64,000 bases of DNA from Eledone cirrhosa (GCA_964016885.1 OZ024740.1:91078001-91142000), one strand, 5' to 3'. Counted from the stretch's first letter, positions 11,679-25,772 are shown. The notes: generated by a model not told the origin, from the letters alone. Program-made: numbers and translations.

Positions 11679-14199
11679 ATGGAGACTAGAACGTCATGTG
11701 ACAGACTCTCACCCAACAGGTGCCCCCTGGCTCAGCAGCAGGAACCTGACTGTCAACCAAATACTGCTGATGTTGGAGGAAGGAGAAGAAGGAAAGGGGC
11801 CAGAACCAACTGGACGAAAGAATTGAATAGAACTGTTATGCAATGCTACCTGAAAAGTAACCCCAAGGAGAGGGGCTATAGGAGACGGATGCATAACATC
11901 TGGAACGAGATTGGTTTATTTAAATTAGATGAACAAAAATTGGCCGGGCAGGCTCGGGTAATAAGAACTAATGGGTGGATAAGCGACCTGGAACTGGAGG
12001 AACTGAGCAGAGAGAATGGCTTGGAGATGGCGGGTGTAGTATGCCAGACAAGCGAGCCGGTGGGAAATGAAGGTGAGGAGGTCCTGAGAACGGAGGAACC
12101 ACCCGAAGCAGACAATGATCTGAGTACTGAGATAAATAATACCTGGAACAGAGATACGGCCACTGAGGAGATGAATGCTGACGGGCTAGGACAAGATTCG
12201 GTTGACATCCTAAATTTAGTGGTAGATGAATTGAACAATGATAGTGGGAGACCTATGAACCTAAGATTTGTAGACAGGAAAAAGTTAAAAGAAACAACAG
12301 CTAAGGTAAACAAAGTCATCCCATACCTTGAGGCGAGGAGCCTTCACCAGTGCAACAATATCCTCAGAGCAACAGCAAATACGGTGAGGAAACTACTTGG
12401 TATAAAAGCGAGAGGAAACAACAGACAAGAAAGAGCAGAGCCGTGGTGGAAGAAGCGACTGAGTGGGCAAATCGGGGAAATGAGAAATGACATAGGAAAG
12501 CTTGAGTCACTACTGAATGGGACACTAAAAAACATAGGCACTAAAAATAGACTGGAAATAAAATACAAAACTAGGAGTAAAAAGCTAAATATTATCATAG
12601 AGGAATTGAAGCAACGCATTGTAGCAAAGAGTGCAAAAATCAGGCGATACGAGAACAGAGTCAGCCAGTATAAACAGAACCGCATGTTCGACAACAACCA
12701 GAAGATGCTGTTTGGACAGCTTGAGGGCAAAGAAAGAGGCAACGACTTGATCCCTGGGGCGGAGCAAACTAAAACATTCAGGAGAGGAATATGGGAGCAG
12801 GATGTTAGACACAATGCCCAGGCAGGGTGGATTGAGACAGTACAGAGGGAGATCGGTGAGCAGGCACAGCGACAGACTGATTTGAGTATCACAGTTGAAA
12901 CTCTTAAGGGGCAAGCCAAAAAACTAACCAACTGGAAATCACCAGGCCCAGATGGTGTGCAGGGGTATTGGATTAAACATCTAACATCCCTCCACCCGAA
13001 GCTGACGGCCATGTTCAATGACTGCTTGGTGTCGGGTAAGGTGCCAGAGTGGTTGACAAAAGGTACTACAGTTCTGATAATGAAAGACCGAATCAAGGGT
13101 AATGATGCTACCAACTATAGACCTATCACATGTCTGCCCGTAATGTGGAAACTGTTGACGAGCATTGTGTCTGAGGAAATCTACCATCACCTCCACACAA
13201 ACAACTTGTTACCGGACGAACAGAAAGGATGCCGAAAGAAGTCACGTGGTACAAAGGACCAGTTGCTTATTGATAAGATGGTAATGGGGAATTGCAGGAG
13301 GAGACACACTGATCTTGCCATGGGATGGATAGACTACAGAAAGGCATTTGACATGGTGCCTCATTCCTGGATCACCAAAAGCCTGGAGATCTTCAGGGTG
13401 GCAGATAACATCAGACAGTTGCTAGGCAGGAGTATGGGGTCCTGGGAGACAGAGTTGACATCAACTGGAGTATCCTTGGGAAGCGTGAAGATCAAGAGAG
13501 GTATCTTCCAGGGAGATAGCCTGTCCCCTCTGTTGTTTGTCCTTGCCCTGATGCCCTTGACCATTATGCTGCGAAAAGTGAGAGCAGGATACAAGTTGGG
13601 AAGGGGAGAGCTTACCATCAATCACCTCCTCTTCATGGACGATCTTAAGCTCTTCGGGAAAAGTGAGAAGGAGTTTGATGTGCTTGTTGACTGTCCGTAT
13701 TTTCAGCAGTGATATATGTATGCAGTTTGGTATTGGTAAATGTGGAGTCATTGTGATGAAGAGGGGTATGTTGAGCAGAAGTAACGGGATCCAGATACCA
13801 ACAGGTGAGATGATAAAGGAAATTGACTCTGAGGAAGGATACAAGTATTTGGGCGTTCTGGAGGCTGATGGCATAAAGAACAAAAAAATGAAGGAATTGT
13901 TAAGAAATGAATACATTCGGAGAGTAAGGAGCGTATTGAAGTCACATCTGAACAGCAGAAATGCCATAAGCGCAGTAAATTCCCGAGCTGTGTCTATTAT
14001 TAGGTACAGTGCGGGAATTCTGAGATGGAATGTTGCTGAACAGAAAGAAATGGATAGGAAGACTAGGAAGCTATTGACTATCTACAACATGTTCCACAAG
14101 AGGAGTGATGTCGATAGACTCTACCTAAGGAGATCTGAGGGTGGAAGAGGTCTTATCAGCATAGAGGACTGTGTTCAGATGGAGAAAAACAACCTATAG
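11679..14199 (+). pseudogene. Dong/R4 RT ORF of D1, frameshifted at about 13690, premature stop at 14199
   Basis: ORFs 11679-13712 (677 aa) and 13663-14199; 2-nt deletion relative to D4 (GTTGACTGTC versus GTTGACACTGTC). Confidence 0.9.
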
Positions 14200-14423
14200 A
14201 AATACGCACTGGGGACTATCTCCAAAAGTTTCCAGGGATGGTTAAAGAAAATGGGCCCCTTCACGCTTTTTGGAACGCTTCAAAAGGCATGCTTGCTTGG
14301 AACAGCAAGAACCCTCCGATACGTCCTGAATATCTGAGGCTGCAGGTAGTGGCTTGATATTCAATCCAACGGACTTTCCAGTTAACCAACATCAATGACT
14401 GAGATTCAAGGAATAACAATAAC

Positions 14424-14456
<33 letters not shown>

Positions 14457-17400
14457 GTTTTCTTTATTAACCACAAGGTGTACATCAAGTAGACATTAAG
14501 GACAGTACAGGACAATACAGGACGGTACAAATGGGCATTTAAGCGTGTAAAAAAAACAGTGGTTGAAATAAAATAACAAAGAAAAATTCCCCAATAGGGG
14601 GGAGACTTCCGAGGGACATTTGTGGAGAAAGCCCATTAAAAGACCACAGTGGCCCTGACCACCAGGGCAAGTGCCCTCTCCCAGTTTTCCACCTTTAATT
14701 TACAGACACATACTCAGAGAAGGCCCATTCATTCGGGCCATACTTGCTTCTCTCACCCATCTTTCAACAAAATGCTGGGAAGAGAGCACTTCCCTCTCTA
14801 CCCTGATTTTCCTTTTCAAATGAAATTTGAAAAAGTTAATCAGGGCATCACCGAAGAGGTAAGTGCTCGTCTTCAGCCCTTTCAAACGTGTCCACCATAC
14901 TATCTCTTTCGCCATGGCCACCAGACAGATAAAAACTGCCTGCCCTTCCAGGCTAAAGGAAGGGGACGGGGCAATCCTCACGATGGACTCAGCTGATAGC
15001 TGGATCCGTCCTACACGTGACAGCAGGTGTTCGACATAAACCCACAAGTCAGCAATGCTCGGACACTGGACGATTGCGTGCAGGACGGTTTCGTCTCCCT
15101 GCGCAGATCTCGGACATGCCCGGCTGACGGCACCTCCATGCCTGTAGAGTTTATCCCGAACTGGCAAAGCTCCTCGGTAGCACTGCCAGGCCAGGGATTT
15201 CTGGAAGTTGTCCATAGGCCCCGGCCCGAAAGTCCTTCCAAAGAGATTGGCTAGTTGATTTTCGTCGACGCCTAGAGTTTCTCCAAGTACCTCGTCGCTC
15301 TTCCCCTCCGCTAATCCCCTATAGAACGCCAAGGTGGAGTTTCCACCGATCACATTGCCCGATTGGTCGAGGGCTGTGAGCGCCTGAAGACATTCCAGTC
15401 TCCAAGCGCTCCCTCTCGGTCTTCGCTTGAACCAGGACTGCAGCTCCGTCAAGGAGACGAGCTGGGGAAAATCGTGTCTAGCAAACGGCGACCACACCTG
15501 ATAACCGTCGAGGAAGAGGTGGAGATGTCGTAGCCTGAGCGCGTGTCTGCGCATCATCAGCCACGGCATGCCCAGCCCTCCACGTAGCGGGTGTTGACAG
15601 CAGATGAACCGCCTGACCATCGGAGCGCGTCCCTTCCACAAGAAGCGAAAGAGCAGACGCTCAGCGCAGTTAGGCGGGGCTTAGGACAAGGTACGACGGT
15701 CAGGCGGTAGTAGATGACGGATGCGATGTACGCATTCGCCACCTCCGCTCGACCTTTCAGGGATAGCTTCCTCTCGGCCAATTTTTGGGTGAGAGAGCCA
15801 CCCTGCTCGTCACCTCGTCCCAGTTTTTGTCCGTCTGGAGGTCTGGACCGAACCAGACCAGACCCCTAGCAATTTAACCGGTCCGTCCGTCCAGCGCCCG
15901 ACGACGCTGTTGGACGGCATGGACCTGCCTCTCCAGGTGCCGAGCTGCAGGCCCACTGACTTTTCCTGGTTGATCATTGCTCCTGTCACCGCTTCGTATT
16001 CTCTTAGTGTAGTGCCGATCGCCACGATGTGTTTGGCGTTCGACACCACTACGGTGACATCGTCGGCATATGCTGACACGGATCTTCCGCATCCTAGTTC
16101 GCGCGGGACCCCCCTCAACGTCTCCAGTTTGTGCAGTAATGGCTCGAGAGTCAATACGTACAATAGGGACGAGAGGGGACATCCTTGGCGGACCGAGCAC
16201 ATGATGTTGAACGGTTCCGAAAGGTGACCGTTCACTCTCACTACAGAGCAGATGTCGCTGTGCATGGCAGCGATCTAGCCTCTGAAGACGGGCCCAAAGC
16301 CAGCCGCCCTCAGGACTGCCACTAGGTAACGATGGTCGACTCTATCGAAGGCTTTTGACTGATCTAAATTGATCAAAGACCCCCACCTTGCCATGTTCCC
16401 TAGCTACCCTCTCTACGATGTATCGCATGAGGTGGTGGTTGTCGTGGATGGATCTGTCGGAAATGGCGCATGTCTGTGCCTCTCCCACCAGAGCACCAAC
16501 GACAAGCGCCAACCTCTTTGCTAGAACCTTGGCCAAAATCTTGAACTCTGTGTTTAGCAGAGTTATGGGCCTAAAATTATCTATGTTATCCCCCTTGTTC
16601 GGATCCTTTCTCAGCAGCGCCACCGCCCCTCGGCTCACAGAGCTGGGAATTCTCCCGTTCTGTTGCCAGTTGCAGTAGACGTCCGCCAAGAGGCCTCCGA
16701 ACAAGTTTGGCATTTGTACGTAAAGTTCATAGGGCAGACCATCCAAACCAGGCGATTTACCCCTTGTGCAACTAGTCATTGCATCCCGTACTTCAGCGGT
16801 TGTTATCGGCTTTTCGCAACACTACTCCTCAGTGGCCGAAAGCCGCGGCAGTCCGTCGAGGTAGACACTAATGTCCATCCCTCGATCCGGCCCGCCACTT
16901 TCCCCGAACAGTTGAGCGAAGTGTCGCTGAAAAGCTTCACACATTTGCCCGGGATCGAGTAGCATGCGCCCGTCGTGGTCCACCAAAGACCGGATCGTGG
17001 CTTTGTTGCCACGACGCGCCTCCGCCACTCGGGCCCATTGATGGCTTTCGTCCCCTCGTGTCTGAGAGCATGCACCCTATCTCTGACAACGCAGCCTTCG
17101 TGCTTTGCATTGAAGAATTGGTCAAGGGCCAATTTCGCCGCAAGTACGTCGGTCGCGATGCATTTGCTAAGCGCCTCATCTAATTTTCTAACTAATTCTC
17201 CCTCTGCTCTATTTTTCTCTATTACTAAAGTCTTACTGAACCTAATGGACTCTATTCTAATTGCTCTTTTCAGAGCAAACCACCACTTGTTGTTGACGAT
17301 GGCCCCCGTCAACGCCCGCTTAACTAGTTCGATAATCCGGTCTCTGTAGGCCATGCGCGCTGGTAAGGACGCGTTTAGCTTCCAGTAGCCGGGTCCTTGT

Positions 17401-19902
17401 CTATGAAGCCTATCTAAGTGAAGCATACAGATCACGAATTTGTGGTCCGTGTAGCTGACTATCTTGAATTGTGGACAGCCTATGCTAGACCTATCTATTT
17501 CCCTACAAAATACTCTATCTAGATATGATCTGGATGACCCTATCCGATTTGTCCAAGTCCACATTGGTACATTCGGGAAATCCATTCGGTACCTGTCAGA
17601 CAGTTCAAAACGTCTGACGAGGTTGGTGAGACTCTTGCACCCTCCTTCCCTACCCACTAATCCCACACAATCCCAGCGTGCATCTAAGATCCCGTTCCAG
17701 TCGCCCACTAACACTAAAGAGCGGGACTTTCCAAGAAAGGTCTCCAGACGCCGGAATAAATAAGGCCGCCCTGCTCCTGTCGGGGCATAGACGGCCACTA
17801 ACCTGAAAGCTTGGCCGTCTCCGCTGGTCACGTCCAGCACCTCCAACTTACCTTCTGGGTCCAGGAAGATGGCCCGTATGGCAAGATCCAAACCTCTCCA
17901 AAAAAGCACAGCAACTCCTCCTCCCGAACGCGGACGGCTGGGAGATGCGTACACATCGTAGCCGCCGAAGATCGGTGCGAAAGCCTGTGCTTCGGAGATT
18001 CTGGTCTCGCTGATAGCCACTACATCTATGTTTAGTGACCTGAGGTCGTTGAGCAGGTGGCCCTGCTTCCATGACGACCCCAAGCCACGCGCATTTATAC
18101 TGCCTATTCTGAGTGAGGTCATGTTGAAAAGGAGTGGAAAAGATGGGAAAGACCACTTACCTTACTTCTCGTAGGGGAAGGACGGTTTTTCCATCCTTTT
18201 CACTGCTTGTGGCCTCCTCAGGAAGGATGTCCTTATAAATCCTCCTGGAGAGTGCTTGTCGGAAGTCTCCGATGTCTTTGGGAAATTTTTGTTTTAGTGT
18301 CATATACGTTTTCTGTGTGATGCGAGTGATTTGTATGTGTGGAGGTGGTGTGCATTTTGGGGTTGTTGTGTAGTCTTTTTCTGTGATGCTGGTGTTGTGT
18401 TGGATGTAGTGTAATAATTGCTTGTTGTTCAAATTTAATGCTGTGTAGTGTGTATCGTTTTGGTTGTTTTGTTGTGTTTGCGTTTGTTGTGGGTTTGTTT
18501 CTGTTTCGCATTTTGGTGACTTTTGTGGTGTAGGTGATGGTGGTGTTGGGGTTAATAATGGTGATGGTGTTGGTGTTTGGGTTGATGGGGTTGGTGATGC
18601 TGGTGTGGATGGTGGCATATGTGTCCTAACTTTTTTGTTTCTTAATTTATTTGTTTCCCTCTGTATTTTGTTTTTGGAGGGGGAAGGAAGAGAATTTTTT
18701 CTTTTTTGGTTTCTTTTTTTTTCCTGATATCGTTTCCCACTCCTCGTCGTCACAATCTGTCTCCAGTTGTGATAGGCCGGGGAGTGGAAAATCCTCCACA
18801 GCCGTTAGTTTTGGTTGGGGCGTGGTGGATGGTGTAGGCGCTGGTGCTAGTTATGAAGCGTTGGGTGGTGGTGGTGTTGGTTTTACTGGTGGTGGTGGTG
18901 GTGTTGGTTTTGCTACTGTTGCTGGGGTTGTTGCTGTTATAGTTGCTTCTGTTGTTGCTGCTACAGTTGTTGCTGCCATCTCTGCTACTGGTGGTGTTGA
19001 TGGTTGTGTCACTGGGGTGGGTAGGATAGGTGGCCTCAACCTTTTAGCCTGAGGGCAGAAAGCCCTTAGGTGGGTTCCTTCACCACAAACGACACACCTA
19101 GGTCTTCTGCTTTCGACAACTACCGTGAGGTGGCTGCCGTCAGTGAGGTCTATTACCTCTGGCATCTCCTCAATGCTTTTTTGGTCCGCTTGGATCAGGA
19201 GCTCCATCCCAGATCCGGACCAGTTTCCCTGCTTTTCTTTTGCTATTGCAATTATTTTCGTGTTGGCTCCGAGCCGGCGAGGACGGCCGCTATTAGCCAG
19301 GGTCCCAAAGCTTTTTGGATTTGGGACTCGGATGCCCGTTCCACTCGGCGCGATCTTACATTTATTGTTCTATACGACACGGTGCATAGGCGCCGATGCT
19401 CCATTTTATTAGGTGGGGGGTGATGCTGACCCTGTACCCATCTTTCTTTACCATTTGTTTGGCATTTTCTAAATCTTCCTGAGTTACCGTATATGCTTCG
19501 AATTGTTTTGCTACTATTGCAAAACTGAGGGGCGTTTTTATAATGTCATTGTTGTTGTTGTTGATATCGTTATTTGTGTTAATATTAATTTTAGTTTCAG
19601 TTGTGGTGGTGGTGACGTCAGTCGTCTTTGGTGGGGAAGAGTCCATTTTGCTTGATTTCATTTCGACATCACGAGTTAATTTATTTGTTTCTTCTTTTGT
19701 TTCTGTTGTCGCGGTGGTGGTGGTGGTGGAAAAAGATTGGGGCACAAGGCCCCAATCTTTTTGGGTGTCCTTTTCGGAAAACAATGTATGTGTGCTTATA
19801 AACAGTTAACAAAAAAATTTTCCATAAATGGCAATTTTTAACAAACGGAAATAACAAACCTTTGCGGAGCTCACGATGATACGATTTACTACGTAGGTCG
19901 CC
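14457..19902 (-). mobile_element. Tx1/L1-clade LINE copy T1, both termini present, disrupted
   Basis: ORF1 pieces (19784-18157) with the gag knuckle CVVCGEGTHLRAFC. ORF2 pieces (18122-14700) with APE motifs (SINARGL, ISETR, VYAP, GDWN, YLDR, TDH), RT motifs (KSPGLDG, RQGCPLS, AYADD) and a degenerate C-terminal CCHC. (TAA)n on both sides. Confidence 0.93.
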
Positions 19903-19974
<72 letters not shown>

Positions 19975-19976
<2 letters not shown>

Positions 19977-21176
19977 ATCTGAACAGCAGAAATGCCATAA
20001 GCGCAGTAAATTCCCGAGCTGTGTCTATTATTAGGTACAGTGCGGGAATTCTGAGATGGAATGTTGCTGAACAAAAAGAAATGGATAGGAAGACTGGGAA
20101 GCTATTGACTATCTACAACATGTTCCACAAGAGGAGTGATGTCGATAGACTCTACCTAAGGAGATCTGAGGGTGGAAGAGGTCTTATCAGCATAGAGGAC
20201 TGTGTTCAGATGGAGAAAAACAACCTATACAAATACGTGACCTATAGTAAGGAGCCAATGCTCAAAACTGTACTGAAGGAGGGGACAGTAGGCCAGGGGA
20301 TGTCCAAGGAGGAAATAACATCAAGGAGGAAGAGCAGCCTTAAGGGAAAATCCCTTCATAGTACCTTCTTTGAGAAAACTGAATTTAGAGATCCACAGAC
20401 ATGGAACTGGTTGAGAAGAGGAGACCTCAAAAAGGCTACAGAAGGAATGATAATAGCTGCGCAGGAGCAGGCCCTAAAAACGAAGTGGTTGAAGCACCAT
20501 ATTTACAAGGAGGAGGCTAGCCCACTGTGCAGGATCTGTGGAGAGAGAGAGGAGACTGTGGCTCACATTGTGTCCGAGTGTAAACACCTAGCCCAGACCC
20601 ACTATAAGGGCTGGAGACACGATGTGATGGGCAGGGTGATCCACTGGCACCTGTGCAAAGTATACAATTTACCACATTCTGAGAAATGGTATGAGCATAG
20701 GCCGGAGGCGGTGATGGAGAACAATCAGGTGAAGTTGCTGTGGGATTTTAGGATACAGACGGACAAAAAACTGGAACACAATAGACCTGACCTGGTGGTT
20801 GTGTACAAAGAAAAAAAGATCGTGTCTGATTGTGGATGTGGCCTGCCCGTTCGACACGAGAAATGCAAGAGAAGGAGAGGGAGAAAATTAACCGATACCA
20901 GGACCTAAAGTGGGAGGTGAAAAGGATTTGGAACTGCCATGAAGTCAAAGTGATCCCGATTGTCATAGGCGCACTGGGGACTATCTCCAAAAGTTTCCAG
21001 GGATTGTTAAAGAAAATCGGCCCCTTCACGCTTTTTGGAACGCTTCAAAAGGCATGCTTGCTTGGAACAGCAAGAACCCTCCGATACGTCCTGAATATCT
21101 GAGGCTGCAGGTAGTGTTTGATATTCATTCCAACGGACTTTCCAGTTAACTAACATCAATGACTGAGATTCAAGGA
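19975..21176 (+). mobile_element. Dong/R4 copy D2, 5'-truncated
   Basis: CRICGEREETVAHIVSEC zinc finger, RHD and RPDLVV RLE motifs; lies between (TAA)n tracts 19903-19974 and 21177-21232. Confidence 0.92.
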
Positions 21177-21184
21177 ATAACAAC

Positions 21185-21232
<48 letters not shown>

Positions 21233-21233
<1 letters not shown>

Positions 21234-21428
21234 TCTCAAAAAGTTTCCAGGGATGGTTAAAGACAATTGGCCCCTTCATGCTTTTTGGAACGCTTCAAAA
21301 GGCATGCTTGCTGGGAACAGCAAGAACCCTCCGATACGTCCTGAATATCTGAGGCTGCAGGCAGTGGCTTGATATTCATCTCAACAAACTTTCCAGTTAA
21401 CTAACATCAATGACTGAGTCTCAAAGAG
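21233..21428 (+). mobile_element. Dong/R4 short 3'-end copy D2b (second subfamily)
   Basis: About 195 bp matching the ORF end and 3' UTR, between two (TAA)n tracts. Confidence 0.88.
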
Positions 21429-21450
21429 TAATAACAATAATAATAATAAT

Positions 21451-24400
21451 GATTTCTTTATTAACCACAAGTGTTTACATAAAGTAGACATTAAGGACAG
21501 TGCAGGACAATACAGGGCGGTACAAATGGGCATTTCTGCGTTTAAAGAACAAAAACAGAGGAGGTAACAAAAAAATAACAATGAAAAATTCCCCAATAGG
21601 GAGGAGACTTCCGAGGGACATTTTTGGAGAAAGCCCATTAAAAGCCCACAGTGATCCTGACCACCAGGGCAAATGCCCTTCCCAGTTTTCCACCTTTAAT
21701 ATACAGACACATACTCACAGTAGGCCCATTCACTCGGGCCATACTTGCTTCTCTCATCCATCTTTCGACAACATGCTGGGAAGAGAGCACTTCCCTCTCT
21801 ACCATGATTTTCCTTTTCAAATGAAATTTGAAAAAGTTAATCAGGGCATCACCGAAGAGGTAAGTGCTCGCCTTCAGCCCTTTCAAACGTGTCCACCATA
21901 TTATCTCTTTCGCCATGGCCACCAGACAGATAAAAACTGCCTGCCTTTCCCGGCTAAAGGAAGAGGGCGGGGCAATCCTCACGATGGACTCAGCTGATAG
22001 CTGGATCCGTCCTACATGCAAACAGCATAAAACACAAGTCAGCAATGCTCGGACACTGGACGAGTGCGTACTGGACGCTTTCGTCGCCCTGCGCGCATCT
22101 CGGACATGCCCGGCTGACGGCACCTCAATGCCTGTAAAGTTTCTCCCAAACTGGCAAAGCGCCTCGGTAGCACTGCCAGGCCAGGGATTTCTGGAACTTG
22201 TCCATAGGCCTCGGCCCGAAAGTTCTTCCGTAGAGATTGGCTATTTGATTTTCGTCGATGCCTAGAGTTTCTCCAAGTACGTCGTCGCTCTTCCCCTCCA
22301 ATAATCCCCTATATAACGCCACGGTGGAATTCCAGCGATCACATTGCCCGATTGGTCGAGGGCTGTGAACGCCTGAAGACATTCCAGTCTCCAAGCGCTC
22401 CCTTTCGGTGTTCGCTTGACCCAGGACTGCAGCTCCGTCAATGAGACGAGATGGGGAAAGACGCGTCTAGCAACCGGCGACGACACCTGATCACCGTCGA
22501 GTAAGTGGTGGAGATATCGTAGCCTGAGCTCGTGTCTGCGCATCATCAGCCACGTCAGGCCCAGCCCTCCACGTAGCGGGTGTTGACAGCAGATGGACCG
22601 CCTGATCATCGGAGCGCGTCCCTTCCACAAAAAGCGAAAGAGCAAACGCTCCAGCGCAGTCAGGCGGGGCTTACGACAAGGTACGACGGTCAGGCGGTAG
22701 TAGATGACGGATGAGATGTACGCGTTAGCCACCTCCGCTCGACCTTTCAGGGATAGCTTCCTCTCCGCCAATATTTGGGTGAGAGAAGCCTCCCTGCTCG
22801 TCACCTCGTCCCAGTTTTTGTCCGTCTGGAGGTCCGGACCGAACCAGACCCCTAGCAATTTAACCGGTCCGTCCGTCCAGCGGCCAACGACGCTGCTGTA
22901 CGGCATAGATCTGGCTTTCCAGGTGCCATGCTGCGGGCCCACTGACTTTTCCTGATTGATCATTGCTCCCGTCACCGCTTCATATTCTCTTAGTGTAGTG
23001 CCGATCGCCTTGATGTGTTTGGCGTTCGACACCACTACGGTGACATCGTCCGCATATGCTGATACGGATCTTCCTCATCCTAGTTCGCGCGGGACCCCCC
23101 TCAACGTCTCCAGTTTGTGCAGTAATGGCTCGAGAGTCAATACGTACAAGAGGGACGAGAGGGGACATCCTTGGCGGACGAAACGCATGATATTGAATGG
23201 TTCCGAAAGGTGACCGTTCACTCTCACCACAGAGCAGATGTCGCTGTGCATGGCATCGATCCAGCCTCTGAAGACGGGCCCAAAGCCAGCCGCCCTCAGG
23301 ACTGCCGCTATGTAACGATGATCGACCATATCGAAAGCTTTCGACTGATCTAAATTGATCAAGGACCCACCCGTGCCAGGTTGCCTAGCTACCCTCTCTA
23401 CGATGTATCGCATGAGGTGGAGGTTGTGGGTGGATCTGTCGGGAATGGCGCACGTCTGCGCTTCTCCCACCAGACCACCAACGACAAGCGCCAACCTCTT
23501 TGCTAGCACCATGGCCAAAATCTTGAACTCTGTGTTTAGTAGATTTATGGGCCTGATATTATATGTGTTATCCCCCTTGTTTGGATCCTTTCTCAGCAGC
23601 GCCACAGCTCCTCTGCTCAGAGAGCTGGTAATTCTCCCGTTCTGTTGCCACTTGCTGTAGACGTCCGACAAGAGGCCTCCGAACAAGTTTGGCATCTGTA
23701 CGTAAAGTTCATAGGGCAGACCATCCAAACCAGATTTACCCCTTGTGCAGCCCATCATTGCCTCCCGTACTTCAGCGGCTGTTATCGGCTTTTCGCAACA
23801 CTCCGCCTCAGTGACCGAGAGCTGCGGCAGTCCGTCTAGATAGACACTACAGTCTATCCCTCGATCCGGCCCGCCGCTGTCCCCGAACAGCTGTGCAACG
23901 TGTCGCTGAAAAGCTTCACACTTTTACCCGGCATCCAGTAGCATGTACCCGTTGTGATACACCGAAGACCGGATCGTGGCTTTGTTGCCAGGACGCTTCT
24001 TCGCTACTCGGACCCATCGAACGGCTTTCGTCCCCTCGTGTCTGAGATCACACAACCTAGCTCGGACAATGCAGCATTCGTGCTTTTCATAGGAAGAATT
24101 GGTCGAAGGCCAATTTCGCCGCTAGCACGTCAGTCGGGATGCCTTTACAAATTCCACGTCTAATTTTCTAGGTAGTTATCACTCTACTCTATTTTCTCTA
24201 TTGCTAACGTCTTACTAAACCTAATGGACTCTATTTTATCGCTCTTTTCTGAGCAAACAACCACTTGTTGATGAAGGCCCCGGAACGGCTACTTAACTAG
24301 TTCGCTAGTCCGGTCTCAGTAGATCTTGTGCGCTGTTAACGACGCGTTTAGCTTCCAGTAACCTTAACCCTGTCTATGAAGCCTATCTAAGTGAACCTCA

Positions 24401-24618
24401 CAGATTACGAATTTGTGGTCCGTGTAATCGACTATTTTGAATTGTGGACAGCCTATGCTAGACCTATATATTTCACTACAAAATATCTTATCTAGATATG
24501 ATTTGGTTGACCCGATGCGGTTTTTCCATTTTCTCATTGGCACATTCAAGAAATCCAAACGGTACCTGTCAGACAGTTAAATCCGTTTGAGCAGGTTTGC
24601 GAGGCTTTTACACCCTCC
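21451..24618 (-). mobile_element. Tx1/L1-clade copy T2, 5'-truncated within the APE domain
   Basis: Homologous to T1 and T4 ORF2 (ORFs 23075-23758, 22262-23035, 21638-22123); 3' end AATAAAGAAATC followed by (ATT)n. Confidence 0.92.
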
Positions 24619-24619
24619 G

Positions 24620-25510
24620 AGGATTACCAGTGGCAAAAACTACACAAAAGATCACGGCCACCCTGACCACTAGGGCAAGCGCCTTCTCTCAGTTCTCCCA
24701 CTCCTCTGTCTACAAGCGCATACTCAGAGCGGACCATTTACTCGGACCCACTTTCCCCTTTCACCCACCTTTCAATAAACTTACTAGAAGACAGCACTTT
24801 CCTCTCCACCCCGATTTTCCTCTTGAAGTGAAACTTGAAAAAGTTAATTAGGGATTCATGGGAGAGGAAAGTGTCCATCTTGAAACATTTCAACCTTGTC
24901 CTCCACATACTCTCTTTCGCCATACCCACAACGCAGATAAACACTACCTGTTCTTCCTCCTCCTTAAATGAGGAGGGTGGGGCTATCTGCACAATGTACT
25001 CAGTTGGTGACCAGATCCATTCTACACGTGACAGCAACTGGTCGACTTAACCTCACAAGTCAGCAATACTCGGACACTGAATGAATGCATGCATGACTGT
25101 TTCATCGCCCTGCGCGCTTGTCGCACAGGCTTGGCTGACGGCTCTTCCATGCCTGTAAACCTATCTCGGTTGCACAGCCAGGCCAGGGGTTTCTGGAAGT
25201 TGTCCATGGGCCCCGTTGTGGTGATGGTGGCGGCATTCAGCGTGGTAAACAATGGCAAAGCTGGAAAGTCTGCTTTGTTTTTACGAAATACATTTTGGTC
25301 GTTGCTGCTGCTACTGGGGTTCTTGTTGCTGCTGCTGATATTGTTTTCCGAATTTTAGCTGTTCCAAGCTATGGAAAGCCCACCATTCTGTTTAGCGGAC
25401 TCAATATTTTTGTCAGCCGTCTTAATTTTCGTAAAAGATTCAGCGGCTTCTTTCAGGAACAAACACAGATCTGGCCCATAAAGGTTTCAATCGGAGCTAA
25501 GTGAATCAGC
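24620..25510 (-). mobile_element. Older related Tx1 fragment (ORF2 3' end, possibly fused to a 5' piece)
   Basis: ORF 24738-25037 (LINFFKFHFKRKIGVERKVLSS) and GPMDNFQKPLAW are diverged homologs of the T1 ORF2 C-terminus. Confidence 0.7.
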
Positions 25511-25659
25511 TCATAAGAATACTGGCTTACTTAGCTTCAAAACGATATCAATATTTTAATGCACATGCTTGAATAAGAGTGAAATTAGAATAGGACAAAC
25601 TTACAGGAGCGAAGTGAACCATGTCTTGAAATGCAGGACCATAATAATAGTAGTAATAA

Positions 25660-25723
<64 letters not shown>

Positions 25724-25772
25724 CTCTAAAATCCATTATGGGTATGTAAGGAACGGTTTTTAATTTTTTCAT

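Larger units (their letters stand above)
10155..14412 (+). mobile_element. R4/Dong-type non-LTR retrotransposon copy D1 (duplicated 5' leader; deletion of the CCHC/RLE region at about 14206)
   Basis: Flanked by (TAA)n on both sides. Single ORF with RT motifs KSPGPDG, YRPITCL, DYRKAFD, GIFQGDSLSP and FMDDLK. Confidence 0.92.

Noticed and set aside
11876-13114. Long antisense ORFs over the LINE coding regions
   Set aside because: They are shadow frames of the RT ORFs and recur only because the elements are repeated.
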